Shown here: piece by piece, positions 27,701-44,434 of the stretch | Numbering within the stretch: position 1 is the stretch's first letter | How the letters are laid out: every line of letters begins with the position of its first letter | Assembly: GCF_009914755.1 (NCBI RefSeq) | Contig: NC_060930.1 | Source of the DNA: the human T2T-CHM13v2.0 reference genome, Homo sapiens | Direction: 5' to 3' (one strand) | Length of the DNA: 64,000 nucleotides | Made by a program: the position numbers and the translations under genes | The notes under the pieces: model-generated | The model's database searches: none | The model's input: the letters and a program-made list of their open reading frames with translations, nothing else | Told to the model about the DNA's origin: nothing

Positions 27701-30700
27701 TCAGCTCTGGACCAAGTGGACCTAATAGACATCTACAGAACTCTCCACCCCAACAAAATATATATTCTTCTCAGTACCAAATGGCACTTATTCTAAAATT
27801 GATGACATAATTGGAAGTAAAACACTCCTCAGCAAATGCAAAAGAATGGAAATCATAACAGTCTCTCAGACCACAGTGCCGTCAAATTAGAACTTAGGAT
27901 TAAAAAACTCACTCAAAACCACACAACCACATGGAAACTGAACAACTTGCTGTTGAATGACTACTGGGTAAATAACGAAATGAAGGCAGAAATAACAAAG
28001 TTCTTTAAAACCAATGAGAACAAAGAGACAACGTACCAGAATCACTGGGACACAGCTAAAGCAGTGTTAAGAGGGAAATTTATAGTACTAAATGCCCACA
28101 TCAGAAAGCAGGAAAGATCTAAAATTGACACCTAACATCATAATTAAAAGAACTAGAGAAGCAAGAGCAAACAAATTCAAAAGCTAGCAGGAGACAAGAA
28201 ATAACTAAGATCAGAACAGAACTGAGAGAGAGAGAGACATAAAAAACCCTTAAAAAAATCATTGAATCCAAGAGCTGTTTTTTTTTTTTTTTGAGAAGAT
28301 TAACAAAATAGATGGACTGCTAGCTAGACTAATAAAGGAGAAAAGAAAGAATCAAATAGACACAATAAAAAATGATAAAGGGGATATCACCACTGATCCC
28401 ACAGAAATACAAACTACTATCAGAGAATACTATTAACTATAAACACCTCTACACAAATAAACCAGAAAATCTAGAAGAAATAGATAAATTCCTGGACACA
28501 CACACCCTCCCAAGACTAAACAAGGAAGAAGTTGAATCCCTGAATAGATCAATAACAAGTTCTGAAATTGAGGCAGTAATGAATACCCTCCCAAACAAAG
28601 CCCAGGACCAGACGGATTCACAGCCGAATTCTACCAGAGGTACAAAGAGGAGCTGGTACAATTCCTTCTGAAACTATCCCAAACAATAGAAAAAGAAGGA
28701 CTCCTCCCTTACTCATTTTATAAGGCCAGCATCATCCTGATACCATCACCTGGAAGACATACAACAAAAAAAGAAAATTATAGGCCAATATCCCTGATGA
28801 ACATTGATGTGAATATCCTCAATAAAATACTGGCAAACCTAATCCAGCAGCCATCAAAAAGCTTATCCACCATGATCAAGTCGGCTTCATCCCTGGGACA
28901 CAAGGCTGGTTCAACATGCACAAATCAATAAACATAATCCATTGCATAAACACAACCAATGACAAAACCACATGATTATCTCAATAGATACAGCAAATGG
29001 CTTTGATAAAATTCAACATCCCTTCATGCTAAAAACTCTCAATAAACTGGGTATTGATGGAACATCTCAAAATAATAAGAGCTATTTATGATAAGTCTGT
29101 AGCCAATATCATACTGAATGGGCAAAAGCTGAAGCATTCCCTTTGAAAACTGGTACAAGACAAGGACGCCCTCTCTCACCACTCCTATTCAACATAGTAT
29201 TGGAAGTTCTGGCCAGGGCAATCAGGCAAGAGAGAGAAATAAAGTGTATTCAAATAGGAAGAGAGGAAGTAAAATTGTCTCTGTTTGCAGATGACATGAT
29301 TGTGTATTTAGAAAACTCCATCGTCTCAGCCCAAAATCTCCTTAAGCTGATAAGCAACTTCAACAAAGTCTCAGGATACAAAGTTAATGTGCAGAAATCA
29401 CAAGCATACACCAATAACAGACCAGCAGAGAGCCAAATCATGAGTGAACTCCCATTCACAATTGCTACAAAGAGAATAAAGTACCTAAGAATATAACTTA
29501 CAAGGGACATGAAGGACCTCTTCAAGGAGAACCACAAACCACTGCTCAAGGAAATAAGAGAGTAAACAAACAAATGGAAAAACATTCCATGCTCATGGAT
29601 AAGAAGAATCAATATTGTGACAATGGCCATACAGCCCAAAGTAATTTATAGATTCAATGCTATTCGCATCAAGCTACCATTGACTTCCTTTGCAGAATTA
29701 GAAAAAACTACATTCAATTTCATATGGAACCAAAAGAGCCCATATAGCCAAGACAATCCTAAGCAAAAAGAACAAAGCTGGAGGCATCACACTACCTGAC
29801 TTCAAACTATACTACAAGACTACAGTAACCAAAACAGCATGGTACTGGTATCAAAACATATATATAGACCAATGGAACATAACAGAGACCTCAGAAATAA
29901 CACCACACAACTACAACCATCTGATCTTTGACAAACCTGACAAAAACAAGCAGTGGGGAAAGGAGTCCCTATTTAATAAACAGTGCTGGGAAAACTGGCT
30001 AGCCATATGCAGAAAACACAAACTGGACCCCTTCCTTACACCTTATATGAAAACTAACTCAAGATGGATTAAAGATTTACATGTAAAACCCAAAACCATA
30101 AAAACAATAGAAGAAAACCTAGGCAATACCCTTCAGGACATAGGCATGGGCAAAGACTTCCTGACTCAAATGCCAAAGGCAACTGTGACAAAAGCCAAAA
30201 TTGACAAATGGGATCTAATTAAACTAAGGAGCTTCTTCTCAGCAAAAGAAACTATCATCAGAGTGAACAGGCAACCTACAGAATAGGAGAGAAATTTGCA
30301 ATCTACCCATTTGACAAATGTCTAAACAAGGAACTTAACAAGAAAAAAACAAACAATCCCATCAAAAAGTGGATGGAGGATGTGAACAGACGCTTTTCAA
30401 AAGAAGACATTTATGCAGCCAACAAACATATTTTTAAAAAGCTCATCATCACTGGTCATTAGAGAAATGCAAATCAAAACCACAATGAGATACCATCTCA
30501 CACCAGTTAGAATGATGATCATTTAAAATTCAGGAAACAACAGATGCTGGCGAGGCTGTGGAGAAATAGGAATGTTTTTACACTGTTGGTGGGAGTATAA
30601 ATTAGTTCAACCATTGTGGAAGACAGTGTGGTGATTCCTCAAGGATCTAGAATCAGAAATACCATTTGACCCAGCAATCCCGTTACCAGGTATATACACA

Positions 30701-31219
30701 AAGGTTTACAAATCATTCTACTATAAAGACACATGTACATGTATGTTTATTGCAGCACTATTTACAATAGCAAAGACTTAGAACCAACCCAAATGCCCAT
30801 CAGTGATAGACTGGATTAAGAAAATGTGGCACATATACACCGTGGAATACTACACAGCCATAAAAAAGAATGAATTCATGTCCTTTGCAGGGACATGGAT
30901 GAAGCTGGAAACCATCATTCTCGGCAAAGTAACACAGGAACAGAAAACTAAACACAGCATGTTCTCACTCATAAGTGGGAGTTGAAAAGTGAGAACACAT
31001 GGAGGAAGGGAGGGGAACATCACACACCAAGGCCTGTTGGGGGGTGGGGTGCAAGGGGAGTGAAAGTATTAGGACAAATACCTAATGCATGTGGGACTTA
31101 AAACCTAGATGATGGGTTGATAGATGCAGCAAACCACCATGGCACATGCATACCTATGTAGCCAACCTGCATGTTCTGCACATGTATCCCAGAACTTAAA
31201 GTAAAATAAAATAAAATTT
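24797..31219 (+). mobile_element. Full-length L1PA8-type LINE-1, inactive
   Basis: 5' end gggaggggccaagatagcc; ORF1 ATG at 26121; ORF2 ATG near 27194; RT motif [12 protein letters not shown]; 3'UTR ggacaaatacctaatgcatgtgggacttaaaacctagatg (L1PA8-diagnostic, recalled); A-rich tail. Both ORFs are disrupted. Confidence 0.95.
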
Positions 31220-31235
31220 AAAATTTTTCAAACTG
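31220..31235 (+). repeat. 3' copy of target-site duplication
   Basis: Immediately follows the L1 A-rich tail; 15/16 identical to 24554-24569. Confidence 0.85.
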
Positions 31236-31254
31236 ACCAAGGGTTTGAAAAAAA

Positions 31255-31990
31255 TCAGTCTTATTGTAATTTTGGTTTGTAACACCACTTTTTATTCTCT
31301 ACAGGATTTAAAAGCCAAATGCATAAAAATTAATTATAAATCTATATTAATGGGTATACAATGTATAAAGATGTAATTTGTGATATCAGTAACATAAAGG
31401 TGGGATGAAATTGTATAGGAATATAGTTTTTGTATATGACTGAAGTTAAATTATCAATTCAAAGTAGATCATTATAACTTTAGGATATTACATGTAATCC
31501 CCATAGTGATCACAAAGAAATTATCTATAGAAAACACACAAATGAAATGAAAAGGTAATCAAAATGAGTCAGCTCAGAAAAAATAAAGACAAAGAAAGGT
31601 AGTAACAGAAGGAATGGGAAACAAAGCTATGATGTACAGAAAATAAATTTAAAAAAGGTAAAAGTAAGTTCTTACCTATCAATAATTATGAGCTACAACA
31701 TGGTTAAATCTTGAAAACTTTATACTAAATGAAATAAGCTAGACAAAAGAGTAAATATTATATGGTCCCACTTAAATGAGGTATCTAGAAGAATCAAATT
31801 GGTAGAGAAAGAAAATATAATAGTGGTTACCAGGGTGGGAGAACAGGGAGTTTCAGTTTGGGATAATAAAAATGTTTTGGAGATGGCGTGTAGTGATGGT
31901 TGCACAACAATGTAAATATAGTTAATTCTACCAAATTTCACACTCAAAAAGGGTTAAAATAACATTTATAAGTATTTTACAACTTTTTTT
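31255..31990 (+). mobile_element. Old L1M (continuation of the host element, then an L1MB/MC-type 3' end)
   Basis: ttattgtaattttggtttgtaacaccactttt; tagtgatggttgcacaacaatgtaaat. Confidence 0.75.
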
Positions 31991-32579
31991 TAAATTAGTA
32001 CCTTGGAAATTAACAAACTAACTCCTTCCCCACTTTCATTGGCACATGACTTTTTTCCACTCATGTTTTCAACTTGTTGAGACTACTTCCTAGTAGAGTA
32101 GGTAGATTCTAATGTTCTGATGCAGGGGGGAATTATAGGACCAAGAGGACAAATAAAAAAATGACATAATCAGAATACAAAAAAAGTTCTGAAACATTCA
32201 TGATGTTGAAAACATGAGAACCATGAAAGGGAATAATGGAGTTGTGACTACATCTAATAAAGCACCCACTGAATCACTGAATACTGTTTTCCTTGCCCAA
32301 AGCATTCACTTTTTCATCAGGAAGCCATATTAAAGGTGGCTTTAAATTATTATCTGAGGTTACTGGACAGAAAAATCACATCAACATGACTTTTTATTAT
32401 TTACTTCACTGCCAAGTCATTGGCAAGCTTTGAAAAAGCTAAGTCTACAATTTGTCATTATTAATACCTGCGTAATAGCCCACATTTTTGTTCCCTTTTA
32501 GTTAACTATTTCGGTTGAATCCAGGTTTTTAGAAACCATTATTGATACAAATAATCCTGCTCTAAACAAAAAATTCTAA

Positions 32580-32972
<393 letters not shown>

Positions 32973-33434
32973 CTCCCAATACTCTTTCCGTCTGTCACCA
33001 TTGTGTAGTAGCTATGTGGTTTTAATGGGACTGACAACCTCCTCAGCCAATCAGGGTAGTCCCATCCCCCTTGCCATATTGATTAATTTAACAGTCCTGC
33101 CCAAGCTAGTCAGGGCATGGAATTCCCCCAGCCCCCAGGATTAATGTAGAAGTGCGCACCTGACCCAAGATACTCTGAGAAGCTCAAAAAATTTTCACAA
33201 TAGCTCTGAGAGGTCTGTCTCTGGATGTGAACAAGGATGCATGAAGCCCCAGATGTTACTGGCAGCCATCTTGTGACCACAGAAACAGACTAGAGAATAA
33301 AGATCGCACACAAGGGAGAACAAAGCTCAAATTCTCACAGAGAAATAAAGTCAGAATTCAGATTAAACCAATCAGCCTTAACCGGACTTAAGTTTTTTTG
33401 TACATAAAGATGAATGTAGAAAATAATGCAACGA

Positions 33435-33727
33435 GGCCAGGCGCGTGGCTTACGCCTGTAATCCCAGCACTTTGGGAGTCCGAGATGGGCGGATCACGAC
33501 GTCAGGAGATCGAGACCATCCTGGCTAACATGGTGAAACCCTGTCTCTACTAAAAAAATACAAAAAATTAGCCAAGCGTGGTGGCGGGCGCCAGCTACTA
33601 GGGAGGCTGAGGCAGGAGACTGGCCGGAACCTGGGAGGCGGAACTTGCAGCCAGCCGAGACCACACCACTGCCCTCCAGCCTGGGCGACAGAGTGAGACT
33701 CCGTCTCAAAAAGAAAAAAGAAAAAAG
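33435..33727 (+). mobile_element. AluY
   Basis: gagatcgagaccatcctggctaac; CpG-rich; TSD ataatgcaacga. Confidence 0.92.
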
Positions 33728-33833
33728 AATATAATGCAACGAACATCCCTGAACCTCCATTGTGTTTTATCATACTTTAGTATCTTGCCTATTTGCCTCA
33801 GGAATAGGAGTTTGGGGAGTTTTAAGGTTTGTG

Positions 33834-34140
33834 TCTTGTTTGTTTTTTCTTGCTTTGTTTTGGAGACAGAGTCTCCCTCTGTTGCCCAGACTGGAGTGTA
33901 GTGGCGCAATCACAGCTCACTGCAGCCTTCCCCTCAGGCTCATTCTTGTGCCTCAGCCTCCCGAGTAGCTGGGATTACAGGCCTGCAAGGCCTGCACCCT
34001 GCCCGGGTAATTTTTTGCTTTTTTAGTAGAGACGGGGTTTCATCATGTTGACCAGGATGGTCTTGAACTCCTGGCCTCAAGTGATCGCCCACCTCAGTCT
34101 CCCAAAGTGCTGGGATTACAGGCGTGAGTGACCGCACCTA
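33834..34140 (-). mobile_element. Alu (J/S)
   Basis: Alu consensus with a degenerate T-tail. Confidence 0.92.
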
Positions 34141-34834
34141 GACTTTGATTGCCTTTTCTAATCAATATACAAAACCACTATGGATTTTTGTACATTGGTC
34201 AATCTAGAAATGCTGTTGAGGCCTCTTATTAATTCTGTTTATAATATTCTTTGGATTTTCTAATAATCATGTTTATGTAAATTAGTTTATTCTCTTCCTT
34301 ATTATTATACACTTGATATTGGATATGTCTTGCTCACCACTTCTGACCTCTTTGCCACCCAGGTGCAACCTGATGGTAACCTCACTGTGTCCTGGAAATT
34401 GTTCCTGTCCTGGAAATTTGCTCAGCAGCACTCAGAGACAACCCAGAAGTGGGGTAGGGGAGGGAGAGTTAATGCTTGATGAGGAAATCCTTGACAGATG
34501 GGGAATAGGAGCAAGTGGAAAAGTGCTTTCCCCTTTATTCCCCTATGCAGACAGTTCTGAGATACATTTCATAAGGCTTCTGAGCAAGTCCTATGAGCTC
34601 AAGCAACCAGTGTCTATAGTAGACACTGGTTTTTCAGGTCTATTTCTTTTTCAGGTCTCACTACATTAACCAAATTCTCTCTACAATGTTGACTGACATG
34701 GGGATAGCAGGTGTGTTTGTCTTATTTTTGGCTTTAATAGGAATGCCTCCAAAGAGGTATATGGATGATGTGGATATCTGCGTCCTCATGTGCGTGCTCA
34801 CTAAAGGGCAACCCCTACAGGTAGATAAAAATCA

Positions 34835-37164
<2,330 letters not shown>

Positions 37165-40113
37165 CTAATGGAGCTGCTAGCTTCCTCCAGAAACTCTTCT
37201 TTTATGGAAATGTGCTTCCTCTGCCAATTAGGAAGTCTGCTGAATAGACTTCCTGGCCATAAATTCCCAAGAGTGGTTAAAGTATCCTAATGGACAGACA
37301 AGAAAGGCAAAGATGAATCTTCCACTTCCCTTGGCTTTTGTACAGTAGTTGATCCAGCCATACCTAAACCTCCATTCATATTGAAACCTACACCAAAAAC
37401 AAACAAACAAAAAACAAACAAAAAACAAACAAACAAAAAACAACTCTAAAACTAAACACAAACTAGATTTTACACCTACAGTTTGGGATGCCAAAAAGAA
37501 AAGTTGTTCTGGGATATGCTGAAGCAAAATTGTGTGCATGGGGGATCCGGCTGCTAATACACTTTGTTGAGTCAAAAACTGTGTTCAGATGAGTAAGCCT
37601 GAAGAAACAGGCCTGAACATATACAGGCTTTCTACCAAAAAAAAAAAAAAAGCAATGGACCTGGGTTCAGTTAAACACAACCTTTGTTTTTAAAATGGCA
37701 GGCTAGATTGTATCAGTGCAACTCAAGACATCTCTGAAATGAAGAAGGAACAGAGCATTTATAAAAATAAAATAGAAATTATCTTTTATTATGTTTACTG
37801 CTGGAGAAGCCGTGATGGATGAGATAATCAGCCCTTTCCCTGTCATGATGGAACTCTTACTAATGAGGACTAATAGTAGCACTACTGGAAAATACTCTGC
37901 TACCAAATTAGCTCAAAATAAGGATTCCATTAATCCTACTTCCCTTCTGAGGGCTATGATGCAACAAAATGAGTCTGGGCGTTTTATCCTGTTTCAAATA
38001 CTGCACCCTTTGAAAGAGCTTTTTAAATGCATCTATGAGTGAAGCCAGTAATCAGCAAGATAATATTGTGCCAAATGCAAAAAGGCAATGTCTTCAAACA
38101 TGAATCTATTGATCCATCTCAGCAAATGAACCTGACACTTTGTGGAGATCCTGCAAGTTTCCTTCCATATAATAATAATAATGACCTAATACAAGACTAG
38201 GAAAAACTTAAACATTGATTTTGAAGATATCAAATACAATCAGCAGAATGAGGAACTTCAGATCTGACTTTCTGGTAAGGATTTTATCTACTAGGCATAA
38301 CAGATAAAATCCTAACTTATATCCAAGATTATTTTACAAGTCTACCTTCGTGTATTCAGGTCATAAGCAGTAACATTCCTTGGTTCTCAACTCAAGCTAC
38401 AGGGTAGTTATAACCACCCCAATAGCTTTAGCACCAACAAATTCATGAGATGAAGTAGCAACAACTGGGTCATAAAATGAGGCATAGCAAGTAAATGGCA
38501 GCTTACAGATTGGAGTTCTAATCAGGCCATGCCTTGCAGATATTCCCAACAAGACCTACAACAGTATAAGGTCTTTTCCAATTTCCATGCCATGAATCAG
38601 ACTTTCCCTACAAATCTGAGTTTAATGCTAGGCCTCATATACAGAAACTTAGTGCCTGTATTCAGGCTGTGTCACAACAACATTCCAAGTATACTCAGTT
38701 GGACTTCCCTGTAGGAAGTTTTGAACCATTGCTAGTATCCAACTACTTCTAATTTAGAAGATTTGGTCAGTTATTTATAAGTTTCTGAAAACCAACAACA
38801 TGGAGAAAAAAGCAGTCTGTTGTAACTTTTCAAGTGTGTTATGCCAAGGACATGTCAACAGATCAGTGCCAGCCAGAAACTGCACACCTTTGTGGATCTG
38901 ATGCAATATAAATACAACTCCAAGCTCATAGACATTTTAAAACAAGTTGCTTTCAATGAAACATATCTAGCTGAATAGCATAAATAACACTCGGACTATT
39001 TTATGTCCTCAGCCTCTGTTATCCATCAGAAACCAGATTGACATCCAGTGAGTTCTAACTCCAGGCCTGATTTTCGCCTTAGCTTTGGATGCTGTATAAA
39101 TTAGCTTGCAGAAGGTTGCAGAATAAAACTGAACGTTCAGTGTCAGCAGGTTGACATGGAGGCACTGATGCACATTCCTTGTACTGTCATTTCAAACCAA
39201 ATTGTTTTTGATCTTAGAAGATGATTTTAAAATAAAATATAAAATAATCTTATATTTTAATATAGATATATGCATATATAAATTTTAAAATAAAATTTTA
39301 AATCATCAGCCATTAAAATAGAAACCGTGCTGCTACAAACAGCAACATATTGCATTTCACCTTATTCTGAGCACCATGTTATATGAGATATTTGAGGGAA
39401 AAATGAGCATTTAAGATACTTTAAGAATTTTCTCTATTCAAATTATTATATCAGAATAAAAATGAAACACATGGGGTTTGAACTTATGGGCTGCTATTTT
39501 AGTATATCAAATACAAAGTTAAAAATCAAAAACTCTTTCCCTATTTATTAGCTTCTGTTTCTATCTCAGATGCTAAAAGAAGTAGTGTGGTGTTTTTATG
39601 AAAAGAAAATATCAATGTTTCCCTTCTTCACTGTTAATGTAAATGCCTCACAATTTTTTTTAACCTATAACAGTATAGGTAAGTTAAGTCTCTTATTTCT
39701 TATATGATTATTACAATATAGCCAGATAATATGGTTCATATAACTTAGATTCTTAAACATTTTGACTTTAAAGACTTTCTTTGTGACCTAGTACCTGGAG
39801 CAGGAGTGAGGTAAGGTAATATTTGAAACTTGAATAGGATATGATTGGAGTTTTAAACAAAATGATGTTTAATAACCAAACTGATCCTGACATTATTAAA
39901 TCTCCCCAAGATTTCATTAAGTGTCAGGAAAAGGATATTTTGCAGAGCCCAGGTAAAAGCAATGACAGGAAAAAATAATGTCTTCCTACTTTCATTGTCC
40001 AGTGAAGCAAGATTGCTCAATAAACCAATTATAGTAGGTCCTCAATTCATGCTTGTTGAAAATAATCTCTAGTTTTAATCTTTTATCTTCCACTGGATGC
40101 AAGCAGGGCTGGA

Positions 40114-40208
40114 CTTAGACAAAATGAGAAAGTGGAAAAGTTTGTTTTTAGAATCTTCTTATCTTAGACAAAATTAGGAAGTGGAAAAGTTTGTGTTTAG
40201 TATCTTAT
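40114..40208 (+). repeat. Tandem duplication, period 49 bp
   Basis: cttagacaaaat(g/t)ag(a/g)aagtggaaaagtttgt(t/g)tttag at 40114 and 40163. Confidence 0.9.
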
Positions 40209-43200
40209 CTCTGTCTCCAATTTCTGGCATTCCCTTCTGCCCACTTTTCTGCCCAGTCTTTGTTCAGGAGCCATCACTCCATATGCTTGTGGCTGACCCA
40301 CTGGGAATCCTTAACAGAGCCTGGCACTCCACCCACACTGCCCTAGGTATGCCTCCAGAGCCATGCACAGATATTCACCTACTTTCCCTCCCTTGGTATC
40401 AGCAAGACCTTGCTAATATTACAGAGCACATCTCTAGTAGTGTTCAGGGAAATATTCTGGCTTAATGAAGTCCCAGGCTGTAAATAACATTTGTAGGAAC
40501 AGTTGCAACTTTGAAGAACCGCTATAAGGGCTAAGGAAGGACACTCTACATTGCATTCAAGGGTCTCTGTGTCTCCCCTTAGTGGGCAAGGAAGCTGCCA
40601 TTTTTCCTCCTCTAGAGCAAGTCTTATCTTCTCATCCTTCTAGTGAGGCCACTGGGCCTCTTATTCGAGATTCTTTCTTTTCTCTTTTTCTTCTCTGTCA
40701 TCCCAATTAGCTTTCAGAGTGTCTATGATAAAAAAGAAAAAGACAATCTACAATTCAAAAAATTAAAAATTATACTAGAGTTTATGCCTGTAAGTGATCT
40801 TTTGATAATAAAACATGTAGGATTTTAAAATTTTGATACTCAATTTTTACAAAAACAAAACTGAAATGTACACCACTGTTTCACAGAGGATATCTTATAA
40901 GAGAATTAGAATGGCTGAATCTGAACTTGGCTTCCATAGCTTCTCACATCCAGAAATTCCAAATAAATAAAGTAACTCAAACAACGGCAGTCTGACAACT
41001 CCTATCAGACCTGGAGGACACAGGGACCCATCTTCCATGTGTTAAAGGGTGAGGAAGAAAGTAAAATAGGAAAACAAAAAAAGTATGCTTTATCCAAGGG
41101 CCTATGTCTTCCCCAAATGACTTTACATTCAGAATCTCTTTGCCTAACTCTCCCCAATTTGAGAGGTATTTTTCTTCAAAATCCTGATCCTGCTTTCATT
41201 CCATTCCCTGTTTAGTATAAATTCCTGGCTAAACACACTTGGTCTCAGAGAACCATGTCAAAGGTTACTAAGGTCAAAAAAGCTTTTCTTATTTTCTGAC
41301 AGTCCCTGAGGTCCTGAGAGAATGCATTCTTCTTTTGTTTGGCTGGTAAATAGGAAGTTCTGCATTTTACTTTCCCCAACAAGGAAGCAAATATTTTCTT
41401 ATTGTCTTATTCTGCGGCTGTATTAAAGAAAAAAATCAGCATTTCCAGAGCTCTATGCTAACAGGCCACTGGGTGGCAGTCCTGAGCTGTAATGCAGAAG
41501 AGAAGAGTCAGGAAAAACCTGTAAACCAGAGCGGGAGATATAATAATGTTCAGGAGATAACAACGTCATCAAAGATCAACTACTTTCCACCAATAGAGCC
41601 TAATTAAATGAAAGGAATCATACCAGGAAAAAATGGAGGTAGTATCATACGTTTAAATTAAAACTGCCCAAGACGCTTAGATAAAATTGGCAGAAAAGCA
41701 TCCCTCCTTCCACTTTCATTATCACCAAGGTAACATGGTCCAGAGTGGAGCTGAATGTCAACCCAGTGCTAATGGGCAGGCTTCTTCCTACTCAATTTTC
41801 CCTTTTTCACCAGGACTTCAGAATAAAGCACTAGAACTCACACTGTCCTGCTCTGCAAGCTCCAACCCCAGATTAATCCTGAAATCCCCCTTCTCTGCTT
41901 CTATATCTTAGTGATTTGGGGCTTCTAGAGAGAAGTACAACCGTGGGAACTGGTATCTTCACAAAGGTATACTTTCCGATTTCAGAAGAATACTCCATTC
42001 ATCTTGTCAATACTTCTCCTTATCTAAAAACAGCATCTCTCCCCTCATCCCTTCTCCTTCCCTCACTCCTCTCTATAGCGAGAATCTCATACCTTCAGTT
42101 CTGTCCATCCCCTGTCAGCAAGTGATCTTGCCCCCACAGAGACTACTGAGCCCACAAACCCTCAAATCTTCACTCTTCCATCCCACCCCCATACACATCC
42201 TGCCCCCATACAGGTTTATCTTCATTTTCACTCATTCTTGCTTCCTGTCCCACCAATCACAAGAAATAGAACAGCTGCCCTCCTCTCCCCTCCAGGTGTC
42301 TCCCAGCATTTCACCACATGCATCAATTTCTGTGTCTACATAAACTGTTTGCCCCGCCCCCACCCCCGAATGCTAATATGACAAGAGGACATATTAGAGG
42401 AGAATCGAATTCTCTTAGCAAATGGCATGAAAATTCCTTTTGGAGATTTCTTAGAAAAATTCATGGATAAGCCCATTGAGGTTGAAGGCGAGACCTTGAC
42501 TCTGGGTTGATCACTCAGTTCTAGACAAGAAAAGTAATTCCTTGCTCTAAAGGAGGAGGAAGTTGGGAAAAACGGAGGAGGAGCCAGCAGGATGGCAGAG
42601 GGCAGTGTGGTTGGGCGTATAACCCCTCTCCAGGAGCACCTCCAAACTACCTTAAAGTTCCTTGTTAAATTGTTAACTCAATAGATTACCATTAACATGA
42701 GTGTTTGTGTAGAAACTGGTGAGAAGGCTGAGATTCGCACTGTGGTGCCACAAGATGGATCTGAAACCACAGGTACAGATGTGGCAGGGGACACAAAGAG
42801 AAGCATGAGGGAGCAAGCCTCAGAAATTTAGGGAAATCATAAAAGGAATCTTGGACTGTGGCTTTGGACCAGGTTTACAAAGATGGACCAACATCTCACA
42901 GAGCCAGGGAGGCCCCAGCTGACATTGGCTTGCTCTAGCTTCTCCCATCCTAAACAAAAGCCTCTCTACCCTGAGCCCTTTTTCACTTTCTCCTTCTGTC
43001 ATCATCCAACTCTCTCAGAAGCTTGGTCTGTACTTGTGGCAGCTTCAGCACCTCCCAATAATTTCTCAAACTTCTGCTGACTGTTCTCACCAAGGTCATC
43101 GATGATGTCCTCATGAGGAACATTCTCAGTCCTTGTCTCACAGAACAGTTCTTCTTCATTAGGCACCACTGATAACTTTCATCTTATCTCCCCTTGGGTC

Positions 43201-43505
43201 TCTGACCTTTCCAGTTGCCTTCACCATGGGCTGCTCCTCTTCTTTCTGCTGCTTAAATGTCAGTGTTAGGGATTGAGGAGGTGCATTTCCAACCAGCATC
43301 TGAAAGACTTATGATGTTCACCAAACTAGGGTTAACAAGCCTGTGAGTTGAATTTGACTACAATTGAGTCAAACTGAATGGTGCAATCAGAGTGTGAATG
43401 AAGGAAAATAAAGAAACCAAGGGAGGAAACATTATAAATGGCAGGGAAGGGAGGCCAAGAATGTTCTTGAGAATATTAAGAATATTCTGAGAATAAAAGA
43501 AACAA

Positions 43506-43787
43506 GCTGGGTATGGTGGCTCACACCAGCAATCCCAGCACTTTAGGGAGCTGAGGCAGAAGAATTGCTTGAGCCCAGGAGTTCAAGACCAGCCTGGGCA
43601 AAATAGCGAAATCTTGTCTCCACTAAAAATACAAGAAATTAGCTAGGCATGGTGGTGTGCATCTGTGGTCCCAGCAACCCAAAGGCTGAGGTGGGAGGAT
43701 CACTTGAGCTTGGGAGGTCGGGGCTGCAGTGAGCCAAGATTGCACCACTGCACTCCAGCCTGGGCCACAGAGTGAGACTTTGTCTCA
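43506..43787 (+). mobile_element. AluJ
   Basis: Alu dimer with J diagnostics and a degenerate tail. Confidence 0.92.
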
Positions 43788-44434
43788 GGGGGCGGGGGAA
43801 GGTGGGAAAAAAGAACAGAGTAGATACAGAAGCCAAATTGCAATACAAAGAGAGAGGTTGACATTGTGAGAGAAGGTGCAGGTGTTCAGAGATAGAAGGA
43901 AGTAATGTTATAAAAATAAAACTATATTTGTGTAATTTAACATAAAATAGTTCCTTGACAGGAAAAAAATTATGGGAAGCACTGTGCTACATAAATTCAA
44001 CTGAAAATGTGTTCATCCAACCATTAATCATAATCTGTCTGGGCCAATGAAATACAAATGATGTTCTTGTTAGCTGCAGTAGGCTTCAGAGTCAAAGGCA
44101 TTCAGATTATGTTCCCACTACATTCTAACAGGAAAATCAATCCATTCACTAAATGGGCGTTAGCAATAAAATACACTAGAGCGTTCCAAAACACACAATT
44201 TACCTGGTTTATTGGGCCAGATTATCTTTCTTTGTAGACATATGATCCTTCTTTGAAATGCTTTGTCCTCATTCAGCTTTTATTCATGTGACTAAATGCT
44301 AGAGTTTCACTGTAATCCTACCTATTCCAACCCAGAATTCATGGTAAAATATTCCATCTTGGACTCTGTTCAAGAAAACAAATCCGAAGAACTGGTAGAA
44401 GAACTGAAATACAACATTGTTACACCCATTCTAT

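Noticed and set aside
26121-30985. L1 ORF1/ORF2 as functional coding sequence
   Set aside because: Both are fragmented by many stops and frameshifts; the longest sense piece is 117 aa.
38140-38280. Exon-like stretch ending in CTG|GTAAGG
   Set aside because: No convincing acceptor or open frame, and no recognisable homology; cannot be supported without transcript data.
39220-39307. AT-rich segment with gatgattt...aaatcatc inverted ends (MITE or hairpin?)
   Set aside because: The interior pairs poorly and low complexity makes short inverted matches likely; no TSD.
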